The position numbers and the translations under genes were made by a program. The notes beneath the pieces were generated by a model, which searched no databases, was not told the origin of the DNA, and saw nothing but the letters and a program-made list of their open reading frames with translations. 39,076 bases of DNA from a virus (taxonomy: Duplodnaviria; Caudoviricetes), in IMG/VR virus record IMGVR_UViG_3300032327_000258, positions 1-39,076 of that record. One strand, given 5' to 3'. This document shows, in pieces, positions 19,663 to 27,570 of this stretch. Position 1 is the first letter of the stretch; each line of letters opens with the position of its first letter.

Positions 19663-19994
19663 CTTTACCGTGGCCGCCGAGCCTAAACACTTACTGGCGG
19701 ACATTTCAAGGCCGGATGATTTTGTCGGAGAAGGGCAGGATCTACCGACAGTCCGTAATGGAACAGTGCCTGCTACAGCGGGTGGACACCTTCACCGGAC
19801 CGATCAGGATGGAGATCGTGGCATTTCGTCCTGATAACAGGAAGAGAGATCTAGATAACCTTCTCAAGGCAGCGCTCGACGGGATGGCCAAGGCTTTGGT
19901 TTACGAGGATGACTCGCAGATCCGGGACTTGCGGATCCGTTGGGGCGACACGATCGGCGGAATGTTGAAGATCAACATTGAGGAGATGCCGTGA
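19653..19994 (+). CDS. rusA: RusA Holliday junction resolvase
   Basis: 'LPWPPSLNTYWR', 'RDLDNLLKAALD', 'DDSQI'. Confidence 0.92.
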   Translation: MELTLPWPPSLNTYWRTFQGRMILSEKGRIYRQSVMEQCLLQRVDTFTGPIRMEIVAFRPDNRKRDLDNLLKAALDGMAKALVYEDDSQIRDLRIRWGDTIGGMLKINIEEMP

Positions 19995-20314
19995 TTGATC
20001 CTAATGACGCCGTTGAATTCATTTTCAAGCAAGGGAAGATCTACGCGAAGGCGAAAGCGGAGCGGATCTATCTTGAGGAATATCGTAAGAGTTTGAAGGC
20101 AATCCTGATGAAGGGGAGCCTAGAGAGTGCGGTTAACGCGCAGGAGAGGGATGCGTACAGTCATCCCCAGTACATCACGCTGCTAGAGGGTTTGAAGGCG
20201 GCGGTGGAGACAGAGGAGGAAGTGCGCTGGGCATTGGTCGCCGCACAAGCAAGGATTGAGGTTTATCGTACACAACAGGCGTCAGCACGCCATGAAATGA
20301 GGGCTACGTTATGA
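19991..20314 (+). CDS. Phage coiled-coil protein
   Basis: 107 aa; coupled ORF; 'AQERDAYSHPQY'. Confidence 0.7.
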   Translation: MIDPNDAVEFIFKQGKIYAKAKAERIYLEEYRKSLKAILMKGSLESAVNAQERDAYSHPQYITLLEGLKAAVETEEEVRWALVAAQARIEVYRTQQASARHEMRATL

Positions 20315-20553
20315 AAGATCAGGCATGGAGAGAGTGGTGGTCAAAGGCTCGCGGTGATGCACCGGTGGGTAACTATGACCCGCGAGAAGAGCACATTTAC
20401 AAGGGGTGGTCTGCTGGTTGGGATGAGGCTGAGGCTCAATCTCAACTTGAGATTATGCACCTCAAGGCTCAGTTATTGAGAGTTGGGAACCATGAAGGAG
20501 CCTACAAGGCTGCCTACTTGGCTGGCCAGATGTCGGTGAAGGAGAAGAAATGA
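20311..20553 (+). CDS. Hypothetical protein
   Basis: 80 aa, ATGA coupling. Confidence 0.65.
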   Translation: MKDQAWREWWSKARGDAPVGNYDPREEHIYKGWSAGWDEAEAQSQLEIMHLKAQLLRVGNHEGAYKAAYLAGQMSVKEKK

Positions 20554-20690
20554 CCCATAACTGTCAGCAGTGCCGAGTGAATCCTGCAAGCCACAAGGTT
20601 CCAACGTCAAACGGTAAGGGGTTCCGTTGGAAGTGCGAGGCTTGTTTTAAGCGACTAGCCCCGAGCGGGTTCAAGGACAAGATCGCATGA
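20550..20690 (+). CDS. Small zinc-finger protein (46 aa; not in ORF track)
   Basis: MTHNCQQC...WKCEAC...; two CxxC pairs; ATGA overlaps both sides. Confidence 0.65.
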   Translation: MTHNCQQCRVNPASHKVPTSNGKGFRWKCEACFKRLAPSGFKDKIA

Positions 20691-20968
20691 AATACAAGGA
20701 CATCAAAGACTTTTATGAACGGTGCGACAAACATCCAGATCATCAGAGCGGCATGATTTCCTACAGGATGATTGAACAGCGACTGGAAGAAGAGATTGAG
20801 GAGTTGCGCCAGTACATTGAACAACGCAAATGGGCAAAGCTGACAAATAAAGAGATAGAGGAAATATGGGACGCAGACACAACACCTGAGGACACAACTG
20901 GTAGTTTGTACTATGCCAAGTTACTAATCAGGAAAGCAGAAGCCAAACTTAAGGAGAAGAACGCATGA
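20687..20968 (+). CDS. Hypothetical protein
   Basis: 93 aa; C-terminal 'W..LT..EI...EAKLKEKN' motif common in small phage proteins. Confidence 0.7.
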   Translation: MKYKDIKDFYERCDKHPDHQSGMISYRMIEQRLEEEIEELRQYIEQRKWAKLTNKEIEEIWDADTTPEDTTGSLYYAKLLIRKAEAKLKEKNA

Positions 20969-21135
20969 TCGTCGGCGGCAAAATCATCAAAAACTGGGAC
21001 AAGTCCCAGATCTCAACGGCTTACCAGAAGCCTAACCAGTTCCGCATCATTACGTGGGACATGGGTCGTATACAGAGCTGGCTGCTTGGCCAGAAGCCGT
21101 TAGCTCGCAACCTAATCGAGAGGGCGATCAGATGA
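20965..21135 (+). CDS. Hypothetical protein (56 aa; not in ORF track)
   Basis: MIVGGKIIKNWDKSQISTAYQ...; ATGA overlaps both sides, RBS aaggag. Confidence 0.6.
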   Translation: MIVGGKIIKNWDKSQISTAYQKPNQFRIITWDMGRIQSWLLGQKPLARNLIERAIR

Positions 21136-21278
21136 AACGATTGATCTGCTGGCTACTTGGCCACAAGAACGTCATAAGTTGCATTGATGCGCACTACCGT
21201 TACACCCATGATAGGTGCCAACGGTGCGGCGCTAATCTACCGGCTGGACAACACAAATTCTATGAGGATTGGTCATGA
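21132..21278 (+). CDS. DUF1660-like small Zn-binding phage protein
   Basis: 'MKRLICWLLGHK...CQRCG' pattern. Confidence 0.65.
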   Translation: MKRLICWLLGHKNVISCIDAHYRYTHDRCQRCGANLPAGQHKFYEDWS

Positions 21279-21538
21279 GCGGAGGATATTTCAACTACAA
21301 ACAGTTTGAGTTGCAACGGATCGCGGACGAGATTGAGCAGCTAGTTTTGGAAGATGCACGCCACGACTGGGACGACAAACTCCATGAGCAGACCATAGAC
21401 GAGTTTAAGGAGGCGATCAGGCTCCTGCGACGGGCGTATATCTATGTTCAACGGATCGACTGGTTGGCTTCGGGCGACGACACCCAGCATGAGTTTGCCC
21501 AGCGTCTGCACGCACAACTGAAGGATCACGATGTTTAA
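21275..21538 (+). CDS. Phage protein (MSGGYFNY...)
   Basis: 'MSGG.F.Y' start and 'RIDWLASGDD' motif; paralog at 26074. Confidence 0.7.
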   Translation: MSGGYFNYKQFELQRIADEIEQLVLEDARHDWDDKLHEQTIDEFKEAIRLLRRAYIYVQRIDWLASGDDTQHEFAQRLHAQLKDHDV

Positions 21539-21644
21539 TCGATACGACGGCGTTTACAGCGGCGAATTCTTGGGTTCGTTGCTAGATCAGGTCAAAAAGT
21601 ACGGCTATGACTTCCTAGCCTTTTTGTTAGGGGACGGGCAATGA
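21531..21644 (+). CDS. Possible 37-aa protein (not in ORF track)
   Basis: MFNRYDGVYSGEF...; fills gap, RBS aagga, ATGA overlap with next gene. Confidence 0.4.
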   Translation: MFNRYDGVYSGEFLGSLLDQVKKYGYDFLAFLLGDGQ

Positions 21645-21910
21645 GAGACGAAGTAGTTGAAGCTCTGCGCAACGCAGGTGAGCTAACCCTGCCGCAGATC
21701 AAGGTAACGGGCAACCGACGAGCCTTAGTAAACCTGATGACGAAGATGTGCGAGGAAGGGGTCATTCACCGCCGGATAGTGTCGGGGCCTAAAGGCGATC
21801 TCTGGGCATATATCGCAATAGACACATCGGGTCCGTACCTGCGTGGAGAACCGGACTATTGCTATCACTTACGGACGTTAGGAAAGCCGATTGAAAACGT
21901 CGGAGCGTGA
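21641..21910 (+). CDS. Hypothetical protein, possible winged HTH
   Basis: 89 aa; helix pattern then 'EGVIHRR' wing-like segment. Confidence 0.55.
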   Translation: MRDEVVEALRNAGELTLPQIKVTGNRRALVNLMTKMCEEGVIHRRIVSGPKGDLWAYIAIDTSGPYLRGEPDYCYHLRTLGKPIENVGA

Positions 21911-22187
21911 GCACCTCAGCCGGGTGGCGGCACTCGGCTGCATGGTTTGCAGGAGACTCCACGGTCCCCATGATCCCGGTCCGGTAGAAATCCATCATAA
22001 ACGGGCCGGGACGGGGGCTGGGAGACGCGCTAGTCACTTTGACGCCTTCGGTTTGTGCGTAGAGCACCACCGAGGCAACACGGGCGTACACGGGCTAGGA
22101 ACGAAGGGTTTCGTTAAGCACTACGGGTTCGATGAGGCCGATCTTCTGAAGGACGTGCGTGATCTACTAGGGGAAACCCTAGGTTAG
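21891..22187 (+). CDS. Ref-family (recombination enhancement) HNH-like nuclease
   Basis: 'VAALGCMVC', 'EIHH', 'LCVEHHRG..GVH' motifs. Confidence 0.8.
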   Translation: MKTSEREHLSRVAALGCMVCRRLHGPHDPGPVEIHHKRAGTGAGRRASHFDAFGLCVEHHRGNTGVHGLGTKGFVKHYGFDEADLLKDVRDLLGETLG

Positions 22188-22286
22188 TAATATTTTTGCC
22201 GAAATCTCACACAAAAGATTTTAGCTGTGAGACTATCTGTTCATGCACTGCACTTCGCGGGGCACAACAGAGAAGGAAAGCGAATC

Positions 22287-22571
22287 ATGAACAACGACCT
22301 GCAAATCAACAACATCGACACCCTCGGCGCACTGCTCGCACAGATCGCTGACCTAACCAAGCAAGCTGACGCGATCAAGGACGCCATCAAGGAGTCCGCG
22401 AGCGCAGGCGGCGACAAGGTTGTGGAAGGTGCTCTGTTTAAGGCTACTTACGTTGAGGCAAACCGCGAGACGTTCGACAAGGCTAAGTTTGTCAAGACCT
22501 TCGGTGAGGACGTGTACAAGCAGTTCACTAAGGTCTCCGCAGTGTTCTCAGTCAAAGTAACCAGCAAGTAA
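22287..22571 (+). CDS. Phage early protein
   Basis: MNNDLQ...'IDTLGALLAQIADLTKQADAIKD'; RBS gaagga; start moved to ATG 22287. Confidence 0.75.
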   Translation: MNNDLQINNIDTLGALLAQIADLTKQADAIKDAIKESASAGGDKVVEGALFKATYVEANRETFDKAKFVKTFGEDVYKQFTKVSAVFSVKVTSK

Positions 22572-22583
22572 TCAGGAGCCAGC

Positions 22584-22790
22584 ATGAGCAAGACACTCAA
22601 CACTCTGCTGGCCCAACGGGGCTGGATTTCACACATTGACGATGAGCGTTCAGAGGGCAACAGCATCATCGTGACCCTCAAGCCTGATTGGTTTTTTGTC
22701 TTAGAGAATTCAGGCGGCGTGCGTGGTTTTGATACCGTCCGAGAAGTAGAGGAAGGCACCCGCAAAGGTGCCGTGTACAAAACAAAGTAA
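22584..22790 (+). CDS. Hypothetical protein
   Basis: 68 aa, RBS aggag. Confidence 0.7.
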   Translation: MSKTLNTLLAQRGWISHIDDERSEGNSIIVTLKPDWFFVLENSGGVRGFDTVREVEEGTRKGAVYKTK

Positions 22791-22797
22791 ACCAACC

Positions 22798-22818
22798 GCC
22801 CTCGAAAGGGGGCATTTC
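22798..22818 (+). terminator. GNRA-tetraloop hairpin (weak terminator or processing signal)
   Basis: gccctc-GAAA-gggggc followed by atttc in intergenic gap. Confidence 0.4.
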
Positions 22819-22850
22819 AACGCCCACTGGGCATCACAGAGGAGGCCATC

Positions 22851-23129
22851 ATGGCTAGTTACGAAGAGCTAAAAGCACAAGCAGACGCAATCCTTAAACA
22901 GGCAGAGGAGATGCGTAAGCAGGAGAACCGCGAAACTATTGCTGACATCAAGGCGATCATCCGCGAGAAGGGAATCACAGCAGAGCAGCTCGGCTTTGCC
23001 CCTGCGGGTAAGGGATCGCGCAAGCCAGCCCCGGCCAAGTACCGCGATCCGGTATCAGGCCAGACTTGGGCAGGACGTGGCCGCACCCCAAAGTGGCTCA
23101 ACGGCAGCCGCGAGCAGTACGCGCTATGA
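22851..23129 (+). CDS. hns: H-NS family nucleoid-associated protein
   Basis: N-terminal coiled coil 'SYEELKAQ', C-terminal 'PAKYRDPVSGQTWAGRGRTPKWL' H-NS DNA-binding signature; RBS ggagg. Confidence 0.93.
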   Translation: MASYEELKAQADAILKQAEEMRKQENRETIADIKAIIREKGITAEQLGFAPAGKGSRKPAPAKYRDPVSGQTWAGRGRTPKWLNGSREQYAL

Positions 23130-23284
23130 GCGAGTATTACGAGGGAATGAAGGCAGGGGAGACCCTGATCATTGCTGAGATTGAGCGCCTTGCTGGCGGG
23201 GCTGAAACGCCCCAAGAACAGGCCATCCTGATCAGCTTGCTCAACCACCTGACGCTCAAGTATCCGGAGGCGGAAACAGTCTAA
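23126..23284 (+). CDS. Hypothetical protein (MSEYYEGMKAGE...)
   Basis: ATGA overlap with hns stop. Confidence 0.6.
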   Translation: MSEYYEGMKAGETLIIAEIERLAGGAETPQEQAILISLLNHLTLKYPEAETV

Positions 23285-23296
23285 AAATATTTTTAC

Positions 23297-23322
23297 AAAA
23301 GGGGTTGTGAGCCCCTTTTTTT
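23297..23322. terminator. Bidirectional Rho-independent terminator, adjacent to a TATACT -10 element
   Basis: aaaaggggtt-gtg-agcccctttt followed by more T; TATACT at 23326-23331. Confidence 0.7.
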
Positions 23323-23373
23323 GTGTATACTGACTTCACTGCACTACAGCAGCAACCAGCGAAGGAGAAGAGA

Positions 23374-23592
23374 ATGAAAACTGCAAGCCGCCTAGTCAAC
23401 GTGATGGACTACCACCCAACGATCGCTGAGGCGATCATCGAAGACCGCTCACGGCTTCTCGGGACGACAACCCACAAGTGTTTCTATGTCTTCGACGAGG
23501 ACGATAGCGTGATCGTGCGGGACGGCAACGGGTTCTGGTACAGCGAGACCCTTGAGTGGGCGCTTGACGAGATCGCTGAGAACTGGCTCTAA
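23374..23592 (+). CDS. Hypothetical protein
   Basis: MKTASRL...; RBS gaaggag; start moved to ATG 23374. Confidence 0.65.
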   Translation: MKTASRLVNVMDYHPTIAEAIIEDRSRLLGTTTHKCFYVFDEDDSVIVRDGNGFWYSETLEWALDEIAENWL

Positions 23593-23631
23593 ATCAACCC
23601 GGCTTCTACGGGGGCTACGAGGAGGAGACCA

Positions 23632-23796
23632 ATGCGTAAGCGTAACCCTGTAGTCAGGGACCTGATCCAGCGGCCTCCTCGTGGGGCCGGCAAGCACAAG
23701 GACCGGCGTGCGAACCAAGGACGAACCAAAAAGGATCCATCTTGGTTCCATGAAGGTTCCCGTATGGATGTAGCATCAATCAGAAATGTCCTGTAA
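23632..23796 (+). CDS. Small basic protein (54 aa; not in ORF track)
   Basis: MRKRNPVVRDLIQRPPRGAGKHKDRR...; strong RBS ggagga. Confidence 0.55.
   Translation: MRKRNPVVRDLIQRPPRGAGKHKDRRANQGRTKKDPSWFHEGSRMDVASIRNVL
23710..23767. repeat. Second iteron-like array, five units with 11-bp period
   Basis: Units at 23715, 23726, 23737, 23748, 23759 (four are CC-N5-GG); 19/20 identity to 17782-17801. Confidence 0.75.
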
Positions 23797-23799
23797 AAT
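23771..23799 (+). promoter_or_regulatory. Putative late promoter for terminase operon
   Basis: TAGCAT-17 bp-TAAAAT, 28 nt upstream of terS. Confidence 0.45.
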
Positions 23800-23827
23800 C
23801 AACACTCCAACGCAATGAGACTGGAAT

Positions 23828-24469
23828 ATGTCGGACGCGCCGAAGAAAACACGCAAACCGAAGGCGATCACGCCTAACCAAGCCGCAAAGATCGAGGGCG
23901 CATTTGAGGCCGCAATGGCCATAAAACGCCAGCAGGAGATGATCACCGCAATGGGTGGCACTCCAGTACCAACCACGCCGCAAAAGACCACTGGAAGACC
24001 ATCTAAGTACAGCTCAGCCATAGCACAGGAGATCTGTGAAGGATTGGCTGAAGGAACTCCATTGAGAGAGATCTGCCGCAGGGATCATATGCCTGAGTGG
24101 CGTACTGTTTATGATTGGATGGGCCGCGACGACGCTCTATCCGCAGCCATCGCGCGAGCCCGTGATATTGGCTACGACAAAATGGCCGAAGAGTGTTTGC
24201 AGATCGCTGATACGCCTGTGCAGGGCAGTAAGATCGTTGAGACTGATGACGGGAAGGTCATGTATACCCGCGAGGATATGCTGGGCCACAGAAAGCTCCA
24301 GATCGAGACCCGGCTGAAGTTGCTGGCCAAGTTTAACCCTAAGAAGTACGGGGACCGGGCGATCCTTGCGGGTGATGCAGACAACCCGCTGCAGGTGAAC
24401 ATTCAGGCGACTGAGATGTTCGATAGCATCCTGAAGAACGCTGAGATGACAAGGCAGATCGAAGAGTGA
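23828..24469 (+). CDS. terS: Terminase small subunit (Sf6 gp1-like)
   Basis: 'GRPSKYS...EICEGLAEG.PLREIC...MP...TVYDW', 'IETRLKLLAKFNPKKYGD'. Confidence 0.9.
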   Translation: MSDAPKKTRKPKAITPNQAAKIEGAFEAAMAIKRQQEMITAMGGTPVPTTPQKTTGRPSKYSSAIAQEICEGLAEGTPLREICRRDHMPEWRTVYDWMGRDDALSAAIARARDIGYDKMAEECLQIADTPVQGSKIVETDDGKVMYTREDMLGHRKLQIETRLKLLAKFNPKKYGDRAILAGDADNPLQVNIQATEMFDSILKNAEMTRQIEE

Positions 24470-24539
24470 CCTCCCATTTTCACCCCTGTTTTGGGGGTCA
24501 AAGTGGGAAATTGTCTCGATCGCTCGCCGGCCAGTACCG

Positions 24540-26000
24540 ATGAAAGTGGGAAATGCCCCTAAAAGTGGGGGTAAATTGCCCCCCGACGTGGTTGAGATCC
24601 TCAAGGATCCGGAGACCAAGCGGCAATTCCTGACCCTGAAGCCCGAGCAGCAGGTTGCTTGGGCGTGGCGCATGAGGTGGCTTCAGCAGGCGCACAAGCA
24701 TCAGATAGCCCCGGCTGGAGACTGGTACTCGGTTTGGTTGCTTCTGGCGGGGAGGGGAGCGGGGAAGACCCGTACAGCGGCGGAGCAGATCTCTTGGCTG
24801 GCGTGGACCAACCCCGGTACCCGATCGCTTGTAGCGGCTCCTACGTCGAGTGATGTGCGCTCGACTTGCTTCGAGGGGGACAGTGGGCTGATGAGCGTGA
24901 TACCGCAGGCGCTGATCGCGGACTACAACAAAGCCCTGCATGAGATCCGCCTGACTAACGGAAGCCTGATCAAGGGGATTCCCGCTAGTGAGCCTGAGCG
25001 CTTCCGAGGTCCACAGTTCCATTTTGCTTGGGCAGATGAACTTGCGGCTTGGGAATACCTGCAAGAGGCGTGGGATCAGATCCAGTTCGGTTTGCGGCTA
25101 GGTCAGCGCACAATCATGATCTGCACTACTACGCCGAGGCCCAAGGACCTGATCATTGATCTGATCGGCCGGGACGGTGACGACGTTGCTGTGACTACGG
25201 CATCGACGTATACCAACCTCGACAATTTGTCCGCGAACTTCAGGAAGCAGATCCTGCAGTACGAAGGGACGACGCTAGGCCGGCAGGAGATCTACGCAGA
25301 GATCATCGACCCCGAGGAGGGCGGGATCGTCAAGCGGGAGATGTTCAAGTTGTGGCCGGCCGGCAAGGAATTCCCGAAGTTTGAGTACATCATCCAGAGT
25401 TATGACTGCGCGAACACAGACAAGACCGCGAACGATCCGACTGCCTGTATCACGTTCGGCGTGTTCAAGCCGTTAGATGGCCCGATGGCCGCGATGGTGA
25501 TCGACTGTTGGCAGGACCGGCTGCAGTACCCGGACCTACGCCCGAAGGTCATCGAGGAGTACGAGGCAGTATTCGGCGAGGGGAAGGAGAAGAAGCGCGT
25601 GGACCTGATCCTCGTGGAGGACAAGAGCGCGGGGATAAGCCTGATACAAGATCTTCAACGGGCGCACCTTCCGGTTCGGGCGTACAACCCCGGCAACGCG
25701 GACAAGACACAGCGGTTGAACATCGTGTCCAACATCATCGCCAGAGGGCGGGTATGGATACCGGAGAGCAGCCAGAGAAAGGGATACGTCCGGGACTGGG
25801 CAGAGGGATTTGTATCGCAGATCTGCAGCTTCCCTGAGTCAACGCATGATGATTTCGTTGACGCCTGTACGCAAGCTCTGCGCTTCCTGCGGGATAGTGG
25901 ATGGTTGGATATTGACCCGCCGCCTGACGATGACTGGGACGAGGATGACTATGTGGACAGTGGCCGATCGCGTCGGAGGGAGAATCCGTATGCGCAATAA
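24540..26000 (+). CDS. terL: Terminase large subunit
   Basis: Walker A 'AGRGAGKT', Walker B 'WADE', 'TTTPRP', RNase H-like 'QSYD', 'VEDKSAG', 'HDDFVDA'; true start may be slightly downstream. Confidence 0.96.
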   Translation: MKVGNAPKSGGKLPPDVVEILKDPETKRQFLTLKPEQQVAWAWRMRWLQQAHKHQIAPAGDWYSVWLLLAGRGAGKTRTAAEQISWLAWTNPGTRSLVAAPTSSDVRSTCFEGDSGLMSVIPQALIADYNKALHEIRLTNGSLIKGIPASEPERFRGPQFHFAWADELAAWEYLQEAWDQIQFGLRLGQRTIMICTTTPRPKDLIIDLIGRDGDDVAVTTASTYTNLDNLSANFRKQILQYEGTTLGRQEIYAEIIDPEEGGIVKREMFKLWPAGKEFPKFEYIIQSYDCANTDKTANDPTACITFGVFKPLDGPMAAMVIDCWQDRLQYPDLRPKVIEEYEAVFGEGKEKKRVDLILVEDKSAGISLIQDLQRAHLPVRAYNPGNADKTQRLNIVSNIIARGRVWIPESSQRKGYVRDWAEGFVSQICSFPESTHDDFVDACTQALRFLRDSGWLDIDPPPDDDWDEDDYVDSGRSRRRENPYAQ

Positions 26001-26073
26001 GGCTGTCATAAGGATGAGGGAATACGCAAGTAGACTTCTTGTGGGCGACGTGCCCTACTCGAAGGAGGTGATC

Positions 26074-26385
26074 ATGGTGGGTGGATTCTTTGATGGCGAC
26101 GACAAGTCGATCGCTGTTGTAGCAGAGCGGATTGAGTTTGAGGCCGAGCATAATGTCTCGGAGTATTCAGAGCAGACGATCGAGAACTTCAACTTGACGG
26201 TTGCGTTGCTGAATTGCGTCGGCGATATGGTCAAGCGTATTGACTACCTCCTGAATGGGGACGAAGACGAGGACACGTTTCTCGCGCTTTGGGCTGATCG
26301 TTTTGGCGCTGACGAGTCCGAAGATGCCGAGGATGCTGAGGAAGAGGATGAAGAAGGCGAGTTTGACGAGCAGACCGACGCCTAA
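26074..26385 (+). CDS. Acidic protein, paralog of 21275-21538
   Basis: RBS aaggaggtga before ATG 26074; 'MVGGFF...EQTIENF...RIDYLLNGDE'; Asp/Glu tail. Confidence 0.7.
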   Translation: MVGGFFDGDDKSIAVVAERIEFEAEHNVSEYSEQTIENFNLTVALLNCVGDMVKRIDYLLNGDEDEDTFLALWADRFGADESEDAEDAEEEDEEGEFDEQTDA

Positions 26386-27350
26386 TTAACGTCGATCAGA
26401 TTACCCCGGAAGTCCAGCATCCCTTCGGAGTGCTTCCGGGCAATCTCTGGCCACAGTAGTTGGCTATCGCGGATCGTTAGTACCGCAAACCCAGAGCGCC
26501 AGTTGGCCGGGTTATCTTCCATGTAATCGGAGAACTGTGGGCCGTCGGTGTCCGCCAATGTTCCGGTGTCTATGCCGAATCTCGTGCCGTTATAGTCATC
26601 AAACGGGGTGACTTTGAGGCTGTGCAGGTGCCCGGTTACGATTGACTTGCCGCTACCTACGGTGTTGTTGTGGGTAGCGTGAACGCCGTTCTTGTAGCGG
26701 TGCTTGACCACTAGATTTGGAGTAGGCCAGCAAGTCCAGCAGGGAGTCCACTTAGGGAAGTGGTCTTTAAGGGTGAGGCCTTGGACCCCCTCAAATTCGG
26801 GCACGAACGAGCTTAGGCGCGACTCAAACCTAGCGTCATGGTTACCTAATGGCCAGACGAGTTGCGTGTGATGGCGAGCCTTGTGGCAGGCCTTCTCAAT
26901 CTCGGTCATGGCATCTTTGCAGGCCTCTAGTTCTTGTTTCACGTTTGGCCTCTGGCTCCAGCCCGATCTTGGGTGCCGGCTGATCGAGGCCCCGTCAAAT
27001 ATGTCGCCGTTAGCGATGACCATGTGGGGCTTTAAAGTCTTTATAGCCCAGAGGAGGCCTTTAAAGGCGGTTGTGCGGATGCCGGGCCAGAAGTGTGCGT
27101 CGGAGAAAACGAGGATGATGCCGTCGGTCATGCCGCCGACGTGGCGCATCTTAGTGAGGTGGAGCTTGGAGTCGAACTGAGCGCAGGACGGGTTTTGGTT
27201 TTCTGAGGGAAGGGAGATGTGCAGTTTCTTTTCGATTGCTCTGCGTCTGCCGTAGACGTTGCGCACGGTAATGCCGACCTCGTCGGCGATCTTCTGGGGG
27301 CTACGGAGCCGCTCCCAGAGTTGGATGAACTCATCGTCGGTGATAACCAT
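26382..27350 (-). CDS. Calcineurin-like metallophosphoesterase with N-terminal HTH
   Basis: 'SDAH', 'NGDIFD', 'GNHD', 'H', 'GHLH' motifs; N-terminal 'IADEVGITVRNVY'. Confidence 0.88.
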   Translation of the reverse strand: MVITDDEFIQLWERLRSPQKIADEVGITVRNVYGRRRAIEKKLHISLPSENQNPSCAQFDSKLHLTKMRHVGGMTDGIILVFSDAHFWPGIRTTAFKGLLWAIKTLKPHMVIANGDIFDGASISRHPRSGWSQRPNVKQELEACKDAMTEIEKACHKARHHTQLVWPLGNHDARFESRLSSFVPEFEGVQGLTLKDHFPKWTPCWTCWPTPNLVVKHRYKNGVHATHNNTVGSGKSIVTGHLHSLKVTPFDDYNGTRFGIDTGTLADTDGPQFSDYMEDNPANWRSGFAVLTIRDSQLLWPEIARKHSEGMLDFRGNLIDVN

Positions 27351-27430
27351 AGCGTGCCCATGTGTTGTGCAGACCGCTTGATATCAGAGGATAGTATGGT
27401 TGTCTAGCGCAACATGAAGACACAAGGGTA

Positions 27431-27460
27431 TTGACAAGATGCACTTAGATGGACTAAGGT
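27431..27460 (+). promoter_or_regulatory. Sigma70-like promoter for ncRNA/glycosyltransferase
   Basis: TTGACA-18 bp-TAAGGT just before the structured RNA. Confidence 0.6.
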
Positions 27461-27467
27461 TGCGGAG

Positions 27468-27570
27468 TTGGCCGTGGAAAGCCAAGAGAACCGCTAAGAA
27501 AGATCCCGCCCCGCAAGGGGGCACGTCCACAAGATGTGTTTCCACCGGGGTCTTCCTTAGCGGTTTTTTG
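27468..27570 (+). ncRNA. c4/P4 CI-like structured RNA (three-way junction) with 5' complementary hairpin
   Basis: Stems 27489-27498/27556-27565 and 27500-27508/27546-27554; P2 cccc-GCAA-gggg; P3 gcacgtc/gatgtgt; U-tract; tttccac complementary to upstream loop gtggaaa. Confidence 0.65.

Noticed and set aside
22798-22813. Lambda boxB/nut site
   Set aside because: Stem resembles boxB but the loop is a 4-nt GNRA and no boxA is recognisable
25810-26073. Long N-terminal extension of the acidic ORF
   Set aside because: Overlaps terL; strong RBS and paralog alignment place the start at 26074
27489-27566. tRNA gene
   Set aside because: Only three stems, no T-loop/D-loop consensus or 7-nt anticodon loop
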